Of a stretch of 20,000 nucleotides of DNA, positions 1-8,397 are shown one piece after another. How positions within the stretch are numbered: the stretch's first letter is position 1; each line of letters begins with the position of its first letter. The stretch is from an uncultured virus (IMG/VR IMGVR_UViG_3300034356_003109). Taxonomy: Duplodnaviria; Heunggongvirae; Uroviricota; Caudoviricetes. The DNA is taken from the IMG/VR virus record IMGVR_UViG_3300034356_003109. One strand, 5' to 3'. A program made the translations under genes and the position numbers. A model generated the notes under the pieces. That model made no database searches, was not told the origin of the DNA, and saw only the letters and a list, made by a program, of their open reading frames with translations.

Positions 1-363
1 ATCATTAAATACGAATTTAACTCCAGAACGAGTGATCATCTCCTTGCTCAATCGCCCTTCGGCTTTGATATAAAAGCCTTTACGCTTCTTAGGTTGATCT
101 AAGAAGTTCTTCATGAACTGAAGCGCACAGCTAGTTTTGCCGCCTTCATTGATGCCGCAGAAACGATGCAGCCCAGTACCAATGCCGCCATTTAAAAAGT
201 AATCAAGAAGAAGGCTTCCGCTAGAAATTTTATACTCTATACTCTCTTCAAAATTATAATGCGAATCTTTATTGTTCTTCAAGAAACTTTTTAGTTGATC
301 TTGAGAAGTGATTATTTTGCCGCTTTCTGTTTCTACTTTTACTTCTTTTATTTTCTTAGTCAT
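1..363 (-). CDS. recA: RecA/UvsX-like recombinase, N-terminal part (runs off the left edge)
   Basis: Not in the ORF track. Manual translation from ATG at 363 gives MTKKIKEVKVETESG...ISSGSLLLDYFLNGGIGTGLHRFCGINEGGKTSCAL...FYIKAEGRLS. This has the RecA-type 'ISSGSLxLD..LxGG' motif, Walker A GINEGGKT and an 'IxAE' motif. The start overlaps the upstream stop (ATGA). Confidence 0.85.
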   Translation of the reverse strand, partial: MTKKIKEVKVETESGKIITSQDQLKSFLKNNKDSHYNFEESIEYKISSGSLLLDYFLNGGIGTGLHRFCGINEGGKTSCALQFMKNFLDQPKKRKGFYIKAEGRLSKEMITRSGVKFVFND

Positions 364-680
364 TTTAAAAAGTCTTTAACTGTCTTAGGTTTTATACTAA
401 TATTGTAGTCTTGTCCAGTCTTTTCGCCAATCTGAACTTCTGTATTTTTGAATTCAGGTTGAAAAATATATTTCTTATATTTATCTGCAATGCCGTTTGC
501 GTCCTCTCCTGCATATAAAGTCAAACAATTGACTTTAACTACGACAAGCTGTTCCCAGAATTTTAAATCAGGAAACTTCTTTAGTAGAGAATTTAATATT
601 CTAAACTGTTTTCCCCAAAATGAAACAGGCACTTTTTGAGGAATATGCAAAAGCTTTCTTAGCAACTCTCTTTTATTCAT
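360..680 (-). CDS. hypothetical phage protein (106 aa)
   Basis: ORF track 360..791. Start moved to the ATG at 680 (MNKRELLRKLL) because the longer extension runs through a terminator and promoter. Coupled to recA by ATGA. Confidence 0.7.
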   Translation of the reverse strand: MNKRELLRKLLHIPQKVPVSFWGKQFRILNSLLKKFPDLKFWEQLVVVKVNCLTLYAGEDANGIADKYKKYIFQPEFKNTEVQIGEKTGQDYNISIKPKTVKDFLK

Positions 681-687
681 CCTCGAT

Positions 688-715
688 AGAGTAGCATGAA
701 AACCAGAGATGTCAA
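688..715 (-). promoter_or_regulatory. sigma70-type promoter, probably leaderless
   Basis: Minus strand reads TTGACA-N16-TACTCT, with TG preceding the -10 (tgcTACTCT), then 7 nt to the ATG at 680. Confidence 0.65.
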
Positions 716-719
716 CAGC

Positions 720-746
720 AAAAAACCGCTGGTTTCCCAGCGGTTT
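720..746 (-). terminator. Rho-independent terminator
   Basis: Minus strand AAACCGCTGG-GAAA-CCAGCGGTTT followed by a T run, just downstream of the stop at 766. Confidence 0.85.
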
Positions 747-765
747 GTTTTGATTATTTTCTTTA

Positions 766-1296
766 TTAAGCTTTCGGATTGAAACCAGCACTCTGAAGAT
801 CAGGATTTTTAATAGCAGATTTTTGCTGTTGCAATTTTAGTTTTTCGTCTATACTTAAGCCTTCGATGGCTGCATCTGGAGTAATATTTCCTGATGGAGC
901 GGCAGGGGTTTCTGGAAAAACGGCTACTTGAGCAGCTTCAGACTTTTCAGCTTCTGGTGATTCGCCAGCTTCTTTCTTGCCTTCGTCGTTTAATTTGCCT
1001 TCTTTTTGCATCTTTTTTAGAATAGCTTTTTGAAGTGCTGGAGGTAGGGTTTTTTGTTTTTCTGTCAACTGACCAGCCATTTCAGTAAGCATCGAGCGAT
1101 TCTTCATATATGACATGCCGCACATATATTTAGCATCACTTGTACTCATTCCGGCAGTGTTGATCAAAGATTCGTCTTTGAGCATACACTCGCTCATATA
1201 TTCGCTATGCATTTCAGCTTCATCTTCCTCCATTATGTTAGAGATGGAGATTTCAGCTATGAGGTTTTTTGTATCGAATTTTATATTTGATTTCAT
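766..1296 (-). CDS. hypothetical protein, possibly virion head-associated
   Basis: 176 aa ORF; last gene of the 2771->766 operon. Contains a YMSECM...YMC Cys pair and low-complexity acidic/Pro segments. Confidence 0.7.
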   Translation of the reverse strand: MKSNIKFDTKNLIAEISISNIMEEDEAEMHSEYMSECMLKDESLINTAGMSTSDAKYMCGMSYMKNRSMLTEMAGQLTEKQKTLPPALQKAILKKMQKEGKLNDEGKKEAGESPEAEKSEAAQVAVFPETPAAPSGNITPDAAIEGLSIDEKLKLQQQKSAIKNPDLQSAGFNPKA

Positions 1297-1297
1297 G

Positions 1298-2158
1298 TTA
1301 TTTATTACCTTCTAGGATTTTTATTTGATCTATTGTTTTTGTTAAAATATCACCTTTTTTGAAATTAGCTCCATCGTTGATAACTTCGTAAGCAATTATT
1401 TTACCCATGTCATCGGGAAGATCTTTAATTTCTTTAATGATTCCTTCGCTATTATAATGTTTGCATGAAGCGTTGGTATTCAGAATTCTCATTCCAGTTT
1501 CAATTATGTTTTTATCTTCTTTTCCTTTTTGAGAATATACAAGATAATTATAAACAGCAAATAAATAATCCTCCATTAAAGTAATTTTGCTTTGAACCCA
1601 AGGTTCAATCGCTTCAGACATCTTCGGATTTGCATTAAGTTTATCGAGCAAGTCTTTAGAATAATCTGAAATATAAGCCAATTGCGCGATTGCCATTTCA
1701 GAAGCATCTTCGTTTATATCTTCGGATTCAGTTTCTATTTCTTCAGCGATTTCTTCAGCTTGAGCTAGATGAGGAGCTAATTTTAAAAGATCAGATTCTT
1801 CCCACAAGGTAATGCCATCCCATTGATGAACAACATCATCGACTCCACCTTTAGAAGTATAATCAGTTACAGACTTCTTTGATTCCCACATTTTACATGA
1901 CCAATATCTAGCTTTCCAACGAGGACCGGGGTTTGTATCGCATTGATGTCTAGCGCGAAAACTCTTTCTACGAGCGGGATCGTCGCGTTTGATCTCCATA
2001 TTTGGATCGCCAAAATTAACTTTTACAATATTGCCTTTCTCGTTTTTGACGTAAACAGAAAACTTCTTTGGCCCTTTGGACGTTCTAAAAGGTTTATTTA
2101 AAGTTTTCTTGTCTTTTGACGCTCGTATTTCGTTGCTAAAATTTACCGATATGTTCAT
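1298..2158 (-). CDS. multi-domain hypothetical phage protein (basic KKF.VYV...FGD...RRKSFRARH.C...RYWSC module plus helical 'WVQSKIT' module)
   Basis: 286 aa ORF. Both modules resemble small conserved domains recalled from large phage hypothetical proteins; function unknown. Confidence 0.7.
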   Translation of the reverse strand: MNISVNFSNEIRASKDKKTLNKPFRTSKGPKKFSVYVKNEKGNIVKVNFGDPNMEIKRDDPARRKSFRARHQCDTNPGPRWKARYWSCKMWESKKSVTDYTSKGGVDDVVHQWDGITLWEESDLLKLAPHLAQAEEIAEEIETESEDINEDASEMAIAQLAYISDYSKDLLDKLNANPKMSEAIEPWVQSKITLMEDYLFAVYNYLVYSQKGKEDKNIIETGMRILNTNASCKHYNSEGIIKEIKDLPDDMGKIIAYEVINDGANFKKGDILTKTIDQIKILEGNK

Positions 2159-2161
2159 TTT

Positions 2162-2299
2162 TTAATCTTCTATATTAACGAAATTAAGATTTAATTCATC
2201 TTCATTTACACCAAATTGCTTAAGATCAGAAAGAGATTCATCAAAATCAGCCTCTTCAAAATCATTAAATGAATAAATGTCTACTATTTTGTCGTTCAT
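2162..2299 (-). CDS. small acidic protein (45 aa)
   Basis: Below the ORF-track cutoff: MNDKIVDIYSFNDFEEADFDESLSDLKQFGVNEDELNLNFVNIED*. It fills the gap between 2304 and 2158 with 3-4 nt spacing on each side. Confidence 0.7.
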   Translation of the reverse strand: MNDKIVDIYSFNDFEEADFDESLSDLKQFGVNEDELNLNFVNIED

Positions 2300-2303
2300 G
2301 TTA

Positions 2304-2771
2304 TTAGTTAGCTATATCTTGATCTGCGCGACGATAAGCGTCTTTGACTTTACCACCACTTTGCATTCTTAAAAATGTATTCACTCTTGCCATACTCCAA
2401 GCTGCTCTTGATTGTCCAGGTCTATGACTAGAACTAAACGCACCTGAGCCTCTACGATACACCTTCTTTAATTGTCCAAGAGTTACTTTCTTAGAATGTT
2501 TAGCGTTGTGATTTTTTACTTTTTCTTTTAAAGCGTTAGTTACCTTTTGACTAAAAGTGATTTCAGCTTTACTTACTAATTGTTTTTCATTTTTTTTGTT
2601 TAATGCTTCTTTAGCTTTCTCTTTAGCATCTGGGCTTGTACCAGCAGATCCCGGTTTATTTACGCTAGAGCCTTTCTTACGTTCATCTGGCTTCGCTGGA
2701 GTTTGGGCCGAACTTTTTGGGCCTTGTCTTTTTTTTGCAATAAGCTCAGAAAAATCTAATATTAAATTCAT
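2304..2771 (-). CDS. basic hypothetical protein with DUF5824-like module (LKKVYRRG.GAF.SSHRP....AW..ARVN.FL)
   Basis: 155 aa ORF; motif resembles a conserved viral domain recalled from large dsDNA viruses. Family name not verified. Confidence 0.65.
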   Translation of the reverse strand: MNLILDFSELIAKKRQGPKSSAQTPAKPDERKKGSSVNKPGSAGTSPDAKEKAKEALNKKNEKQLVSKAEITFSQKVTNALKEKVKNHNAKHSKKVTLGQLKKVYRRGSGAFSSSHRPGQSRAAWSMARVNTFLRMQSGGKVKDAYRRADQDIAN

Positions 2772-2779
2772 ATTTAAAA

Positions 2780-2786
2780 TTACACT
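2780..2786 (-). promoter_or_regulatory. putative phage-specific (late) promoter motif AGTGTAA
   Basis: AGTGTAA lies 8 nt upstream of the ATG at 2771; the same motif lies 9 nt upstream of the ATG at 19384. Confidence 0.5.
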
Positions 2787-2804
2787 AATTTAACAATGTG
2801 TAGA

Positions 2805-2840
2805 AAAAAGTAAAGCCGCTTTTTAGAGCGGCTTTTTTTG
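2805..2840. terminator. Rho-independent terminator, potentially bidirectional
   Basis: AAAGCCGCT (2812-2820) / AGCGGCTTT (2827-2835) stem, flanked by an A run on the left and a T run on the right; just downstream of the 2855 stop. Confidence 0.8.
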
Positions 2841-2854
2841 TTTTTAATTGACTA

Positions 2855-2968
2855 TTACTTCTTCTTTACTGGAGGCTTGGCTGGAACTGGAGGCTTTCCA
2901 GTGGGCTTTGCAACCTTAGCGGAAGCGGTGGCGGTCTTAGTCATTGTCTTTGCTGTAGTCTTGCTCAT
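2855..2968 (-). CDS. small Lys/Ala/Pro/Thr-rich basic peptide (37 aa), histone H1-like composition
   Basis: Not in the ORF track: MSKTTAKTMTKTATASAKVAKPTGKPPVPAKPPVKKK*. Every Lys is encoded by AAG. Followed by a terminator and preceded by a promoter-like TTGAAA-N16-TAGTAT. Confidence 0.7.
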   Translation of the reverse strand: MSKTTAKTMTKTATASAKVAKPTGKPPVPAKPPVKKK

Positions 2969-3009
2969 ATTTGTATATGTGGTTTATACTATATTAAATT
3001 AATTTTTTT

Positions 3010-3687
3010 TCAAGCTTTTATCTTAAAAAGAACGTGTTTTTTGAGGACTTCTTCTTTCTGTAAAAACAAACCTCTGTTTTTAGCAAAATTTAAATAATAA
3101 AAATTGGCAATTTTGTTTTCGTTGTATTCTTGTGTCTTATATTTTTTGATTTCGTTTCTAGAAATTTGATAATAGTAATAACAGTCTTCTTTATTTTTGC
3201 TCGATATCTTATGTTTTATAATATCTCTTTGCCAAGTGTCTAAATCTTCATAAACGAAAGAAGAACAAATAAAAGTTCCGTTTTTGTTTAACATTGATAG
3301 GATTTTGTCTATAGTTTCAGTTTGATTTTTGACATAACCTATCATTTCAATACAAAATATATAATCAAATTTTTCATTTGTTTCGAATTTTTCAATGTCA
3401 ATGCAATAACTTTTTATATTTTGTGAGTAAAGTAGTTGTTTTTCACTTATGTCTATACCATGCAATTCACAATTTTTATAATTTTTTGATAATTGATTTA
3501 ATAAAAATCCATTTCCGCATCCAATATCTAAAACTTTAGAATTACTTTTTACATCAGCAAAAGAAAAAAGCCTTATAAAGTGTTGACTGATAGACTGATC
3601 AAGTACAACAGCATTATAAGGCTGATAATTATTTTTTATTACAGCGGCGTTTTTATCGTAAAAATTTTTGACCGCTTCGATTGACAT
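3010..3687 (-). CDS. class I SAM-dependent methyltransferase
   Basis: VLDIGCGNG motif I, GIDIS motif II, FDYIF. Start trimmed to the ATG at 3687 (MSIEAVK), 1 nt after the nrdJ stop. Confidence 0.85.
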   Translation of the reverse strand: MSIEAVKNFYDKNAAVIKNNYQPYNAVVLDQSISQHFIRLFSFADVKSNSKVLDIGCGNGFLLNQLSKNYKNCELHGIDISEKQLLYSQNIKSYCIDIEKFETNEKFDYIFCIEMIGYVKNQTETIDKILSMLNKNGTFICSSFVYEDLDTWQRDIIKHKISSKNKEDCYYYYQISRNEIKKYKTQEYNENKIANFYYLNFAKNRGLFLQKEEVLKKHVLFKIKA

Positions 3688-3688
3688 T

Positions 3689-5671
3689 TTATCTAATTGG
3701 ACATGCGCCACCGGCACATTCAGCCATATCTAGCATTTCAATGTTTCCTGATAGGATGGTAATTAAAGGCTTAACTTTAGCGTTGGCCGCTAAATACGCG
3801 GCTTCGTCAATTTCTTGATATGGAGCTTGTTTGAATCCATGATCCTTGAACAAAAGAAAGCTAACGCTCTTGATATTATTTTCGTAATTATCTTTTAGCC
3901 AAACTTTAAGAGACTCAAGTTCTTCTGGTTTGTAATAAGCAGTTACAGAAACAGCGTTATCTGACCAAATAGTTTGCAGCTTCTTAACCATATCAAGTTG
4001 CTTGATGACATCCATATCTTTTGTAAGGATAGATCCTTCAGGAGTCTTGCATGGGAAATACACAACAACGGTATCACGATTCTCAGTTCCATCAAAATTA
4101 ATAATGAACTCTACATGATAACCCATGTCTTTGCATGTTTGAACGAGACTGTCAGAGCTAGACATGCGTACTGTACGCATATAATATTCACTAAAAGCTG
4201 GATGAACGCCGGGAGTAGCTCCACCAAGTAAACTTAATGTTCCGCTGGGTTTGATGGTTGTAAGCTTAATGCTTTCAGGCCAACCACGATACTTACTCCA
4301 AGACTTATCAAAGTTGCGTAGAGCAACATAACAATCATCAAGCCAATCAAGCTTATCAAGAGACTGGCACACACCAGTAACGCCAAGGCCAAGGCGCATG
4401 TTCTTGTGGACAATACGATTAGTTTCTTCGTGTATGAAAGGTAACGCAGCAATAGCCTTTTGAGTTTTATAAAGAAGTTTTGCACAGTCAATTAATTCAT
4501 CTTTAGAGGTAATGTTGTTTAAATAAAGTTCAGAAAGATTGCAGCACTCATAATTTGCAAGGCTGATTTCAGCGCATGGATTTGTCATTTCACAATTATC
4601 TACATCTGTTGGATATAGAAGATTTTCAGAAATTGGCCCATCTTTAATGCGTCCAAATTTTTGAGAAAGAGGAAGATTAAAGAATCCATAAGGTTCACCA
4701 TTTGCATAACCTGAATCTTTATTTATTTCGTATCCATTTTTCCAAACCTCTTCAAGAACGTGATCATAGCTATCCGCATAGATGGTGTTGTTGCTCATTG
4801 CTCGCCAATTTGGGACGTTGCTAGAACCCCAATTCTTGGCGCGAAGATAAAGAATATCATCAGGATCGCCTAGAGCGATTTCCGCACTGCGCCGCACATT
4901 GCCAGCGACAACAACACTGCCAATAATATTGCAGATATCCAACACATCAATCGAGCGAAGTTTTTTGCCTTCGCGAGCTTGGAATATCTTTGTGATTTTA
5001 TCGATTCCGTCAATAAGGATTTGTGGACCACTAGCTTTTCCGCCAAAGCCCTTGATTGGTTCGCCGTAACCTCTGATGAGGATAGTTGAATACGAAAACG
5101 ATTTACCTGTAACGTAAAAAGCATCCAGAACTTTAGAAAGTAGATTAACCCAACCTTCGCGTTTATCTGGAACAATATAATCAGCGTCTTTAGTTGCTTC
5201 ATGAATAACATTTACACCTTTCTTGATCTTTGGGAGTTCGTGGACATCTTCACGACGAATACTATAACCTACACCGCCACCAAGCATTAGGTTCTCAAAG
5301 AGGAACAAAAAAGCCTTTGGCTCGCGCATTGCTGTTGCCCAGCAATTAAGAAGAGAATTCGCTCCAAAACGATCTACAGTTGAAGTGCCGAGTTGCCATA
5401 GCATTCGACCTGCAAAGTTACACTTTAAATTAAAAACGTAATCATAAATGCGTTCTGCTTCTTCTTTTGTATATTGTGCGCCAATTTTCTGTGCGCCATT
5501 GATACAACGTTCTACTGTTTCATTCCATTCTTCTGTCGTTCCATCTTCTTTTTGACGAGCATAAGTCCTTTTGTAGACAATATATCCAAGACCGCTAAAA
5601 CCCCAGTTGGGTTGCTTGTTTTTATATTGCGCCAAAAAAGAAGGAGACAGAATATTTAAATTATCGCTCAT
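3689..5671 (-). CDS. nrdJ: class II adenosylcobalamin-dependent ribonucleotide reductase (monomeric RTPR-like)
   Basis: YKRTYAR, GRMLW, NC, GGGVG, GNVRRSA, TNPCAE (thiyl-radical Cys), CCNLSE, TIKPSGT and C-terminal CAGGACPIR. Confidence 0.93.
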   Translation of the reverse strand: MSDNLNILSPSFLAQYKNKQPNWGFSGLGYIVYKRTYARQKEDGTTEEWNETVERCINGAQKIGAQYTKEEAERIYDYVFNLKCNFAGRMLWQLGTSTVDRFGANSLLNCWATAMREPKAFLFLFENLMLGGGVGYSIRREDVHELPKIKKGVNVIHEATKDADYIVPDKREGWVNLLSKVLDAFYVTGKSFSYSTILIRGYGEPIKGFGGKASGPQILIDGIDKITKIFQAREGKKLRSIDVLDICNIIGSVVVAGNVRRSAEIALGDPDDILYLRAKNWGSSNVPNWRAMSNNTIYADSYDHVLEEVWKNGYEINKDSGYANGEPYGFFNLPLSQKFGRIKDGPISENLLYPTDVDNCEMTNPCAEISLANYECCNLSELYLNNITSKDELIDCAKLLYKTQKAIAALPFIHEETNRIVHKNMRLGLGVTGVCQSLDKLDWLDDCYVALRNFDKSWSKYRGWPESIKLTTIKPSGTLSLLGGATPGVHPAFSEYYMRTVRMSSSDSLVQTCKDMGYHVEFIINFDGTENRDTVVVYFPCKTPEGSILTKDMDVIKQLDMVKKLQTIWSDNAVSVTAYYKPEELESLKVWLKDNYENNIKSVSFLLFKDHGFKQAPYQEIDEAAYLAANAKVKPLITILSGNIEMLDMAECAGGACPIR

Positions 5672-5681
5672 GGTAAAAAGT

Positions 5682-5691
5682 ATTATACACT
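5682..5691 (-). promoter_or_regulatory. putative internal promoter for nrdJ (AGTGTATAAT)
   Basis: Perfect TATAAT 10 nt upstream of the ATG at 5671, overlapping an AGTGTA motif. Confidence 0.45.
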
Positions 5692-6745
5692 AGATTTTAA
5701 AAATCTCTATGTCGTACTTTACCATACGTTCTACGAGGTTGTCAAAGGAAATTTTCGGATTCCAACCTAATTCTTTTCTGGCTGGAGTCGAGTCTCCCAA
5801 AAGAAGCTCAACTTCGGCGGGCCTGTAAAATTTAGGATTAATTTTAACTAAAATAGACGATTGAATTTCATTTTTAATGGCGTATTCAGTAGACACGCTC
5901 ATCTGTTCTTCTTGTCCGCATCCATGCCAAACACCTTCGATCCCGGCGCAAACAAAAGATTTATTAATGAATTCCCTAATTGTGTGTGTTTCGTTGCTTG
6001 AGAGAACGTAATCTTTTGGTTTTTCTTGATTCATTATTTTCCAAACGCCATCGACAAAATCTTCAGAATCCGACCAGTCTCTTTGAGCGTCTATGTTTCC
6101 GAGTTCAATTGGAGAGAATGGTTGATTGTTTTTAATAGCATGGTGTATGCGAGCAACACCTTTGCTGATTTTTCTAGTTACAAATTCTTCTCCGCGTTTA
6201 GTTCCTTCGTGATTAAAAAGAATGCCATGCACAGCGTATAGATTATAAGATTCACGATAAACTTTTACTAAATGGCGGGCAGCCGCTTTGCTTGCTCCGT
6301 ATGGGCTTCTTGGTTTAACTGGATGAATAATGTCTTGTGGGCTGTATTGAACATCTCCAAACTCTTCACTAGATCCAGCAGAATAAAAACGACACTTTGG
6401 TTGAAAACGACGAATAGCTTCAAGGCATCTTGCTACACCAGTAGCGTTGACATCGAAAGTTTGCAAAGGTATTTCCCAACTGCATCCAACAAAACTTTGT
6501 GCGCCAAAATTAATAAAATAGTCTGGTTGAATATCTCTTACAATATTGTCTAAACTTATAGAATCAGCAAGATCGCCATATACAAATTTAAATCTAGTAT
6601 TTTTAATGAATGCATTACAATTTATAAAATTAGGATTAGAGGTTCTTCGCATCATGCCATAAATTTGAGCGTCAGTATTCTTAAGCAAATATTCGCACAT
6701 GTTTGCGCCATCTTGTCCTAAAATTCCAGTTATAATTATTTTCAT
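5690..6745 (-). CDS. gmd: GDP-mannose 4,6-dehydratase
   Basis: ITGILGQDG, AQSFV, SSEEFG, PRSPYGASK (YxxxK), GILFNHE, FVTRKI, LGNIDAQRDW, RPAEVELLLGD. Confidence 0.95.
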   Translation of the reverse strand: MKIIITGILGQDGANMCEYLLKNTDAQIYGMMRRTSNPNFINCNAFIKNTRFKFVYGDLADSISLDNIVRDIQPDYFINFGAQSFVGCSWEIPLQTFDVNATGVARCLEAIRRFQPKCRFYSAGSSEEFGDVQYSPQDIIHPVKPRSPYGASKAAARHLVKVYRESYNLYAVHGILFNHEGTKRGEEFVTRKISKGVARIHHAIKNNQPFSPIELGNIDAQRDWSDSEDFVDGVWKIMNQEKPKDYVLSSNETHTIREFINKSFVCAGIEGVWHGCGQEEQMSVSTEYAIKNEIQSSILVKINPKFYRPAEVELLLGDSTPARKELGWNPKISFDNLVERMVKYDIEIFKI

Positions 6746-7185
6746 ATATTTTGGTATTTTATAACGTAATCAGTGCATATTCCATAACATATTGATAGAT
6801 CACCATCAAAACCTAGTTCTGGTAGTACGCAGATACTATTGGTAAATAATTTTTTATTTGGATAAGTCCAAATATATTTCTTACTTGTTAAAATCCAATC
6901 TTCAGTAGTATGCCAAAATACATTAAAATTATAATTTTTATCATTAAGCAATTTATAAAATGCTTCGCCGTTTTTAGCATGTAACCAAAATTGAGAATCA
7001 AATAAAAAATTATATTTTATTTCGTATGTAGGATTATCATGCCCTAAATACCATTTATCATTTATATGCCAAATATCAATTTCAACATCGTATCCTATAC
7101 CTAATGCATCATTGATATAATCTGGATGATTTTCTTTATCTTCATTAGGCCCATCTACATTACCTCTATGAGAAATAAATTTCAT
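6742..7185 (-). CDS. short GDPD/PLC-like phosphodiesterase-fold protein
   Basis: ISHRGN...EN...GYDVEIDIW...LGHD...WLHAKN...GICTD; only 147 aa. Confidence 0.7.
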   Translation of the reverse strand: MKFISHRGNVDGPNEDKENHPDYINDALGIGYDVEIDIWHINDKWYLGHDNPTYEIKYNFLFDSQFWLHAKNGEAFYKLLNDKNYNFNVFWHTTEDWILTSKKYIWTYPNKKLFTNSICVLPELGFDGDLSICYGICTDYVIKYQNI

Positions 7186-7203
7186 AACTTTTTAGTCTGT
7201 TAA

Positions 7204-8397
7204 TTAAATTTTTCCCCATTTTTCAATAGCTTCATAATATTCATTTGAATATTTTTTAGTAATAGATTGACTCATTGCTTTTGCGCCAGCCGTTGTTCCG
7301 TTAGGATGAGAAGTTATAGCTCCGCCAACATTAGCCATCCAATTGTTATGGCCGATTATAGAGCTGATATGATCAACTAAACCAGGATGCATTCCGCAAC
7401 TTAAAGCTGGTACAGCATTCAATTGATTCATATCAGAAATAATATTCTTCATGTTTTCTTCGTCAGTTTGCAAATATCCACCGATCATTCCAACATGAAG
7501 AGTCCCACATCCAGACATCGCGGCTAACTTGAATAGTAGTCTAGAATCTATTCTATATTGATGAGATTCAAAGTTAAGAACTCTATCTCCACTCTTCTGG
7601 AAATGAATCAATAAAGGTAAATTCAATTCTCGTAAAGACTTATAAACACCCATTCCACAATGAAAATTAGTATGAATTCCATTTCCACCTAAATCATGAA
7701 CAAGTTTAGCTTTGTTTAAAATAAAAGCAGGATCAGAATGAAGAGAAACGCAATAAAAAGTTTTGTATCCTCCGTCTCTAATTAAATTAGAGACTAGGTC
7801 AATTCTTTTTTCAAAACCACAGTGAGCGGCTGAACATAAAATTTCGTCTTCTTTTATGAAATTGCATCCGCCATCTAGTAATTTTTTTACTAGTTCTAAA
7901 TGTTTTTCTGCTGAAAGCCCTATCTTGGGCTTTGTTATTCCGCCAAAAATAACTTGATTATCTGGAATTCCGCAATGATTTCTTATTTCTTTAAGCCCTA
8001 TTTTAGGGCCAAGAAAACAGTTTTTCATTTTAGGCGTGAATTCAATGTCTAATAGATGGCAAGCTTGAACTTCATCAATGTCACATTGACCGCCCATAAC
8101 CTGAACTAAAAGATGAGAAATACCATCTTCTTTAAAATTGATATTGCTTTCTGGAAAAGCTACGCAAACAATTCCTTCTTTTTTCTTCTTAAGTTCTATT
8201 TCATCGCCAAGAATCAAACAACTATGTTTCTCAAACATCTCTTCTGTTTCCATTTCGGCTCTGCATTTAGGATTACCAATTGATTGACCAACAGCTAAAT
8301 TAAATGCTGCGTCAGCTACTGAGGTTTTTCCTTGTAAGAAATATTTTACAATAAAATAGTCTTCTTTATTAACGGATGTTACGAATAAGTTTTTCAT
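7204..8397 (-). CDS. RuBisCO-like protein (form IV-like, predicted non-carboxylating)
   Basis: GPKIGL, ITKPKIGLS (K175/K177 equivalents), GGCNFIKEDE (carbamylated Lys and Mg-binding D/E), LHVG, PALSCGMHPG, VGGAITSHPNG..AGAKAM. Confidence 0.9.
   Translation of the reverse strand: MKNLFVTSVNKEDYFIVKYFLQGKTSVADAAFNLAVGQSIGNPKCRAEMETEEMFEKHSCLILGDEIELKKKKEGIVCVAFPESNINFKEDGISHLLVQVMGGQCDIDEVQACHLLDIEFTPKMKNCFLGPKIGLKEIRNHCGIPDNQVIFGGITKPKIGLSAEKHLELVKKLLDGGCNFIKEDEILCSAAHCGFEKRIDLVSNLIRDGGYKTFYCVSLHSDPAFILNKAKLVHDLGGNGIHTNFHCGMGVYKSLRELNLPLLIHFQKSGDRVLNFESHQYRIDSRLLFKLAAMSGCGTLHVGMIGGYLQTDEENMKNIISDMNQLNAVPALSCGMHPGLVDHISSIIGHNNWMANVGGAITSHPNGTTAGAKAMSQSITKKYSNEYYEAIEKWGKI

Noticed and set aside
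681..791. N-terminal extension of ORF 360..791
   Set aside because: It spans a terminator hairpin and a consensus promoter; the ATG at 680 fits better.
7204..8397. Bona fide CO2-fixing RuBisCO (rbcL/cbbM)
   Set aside because: E60, H294 and K334 equivalents appear substituted; no small subunit, PRK or AMP-pathway genes in the window.
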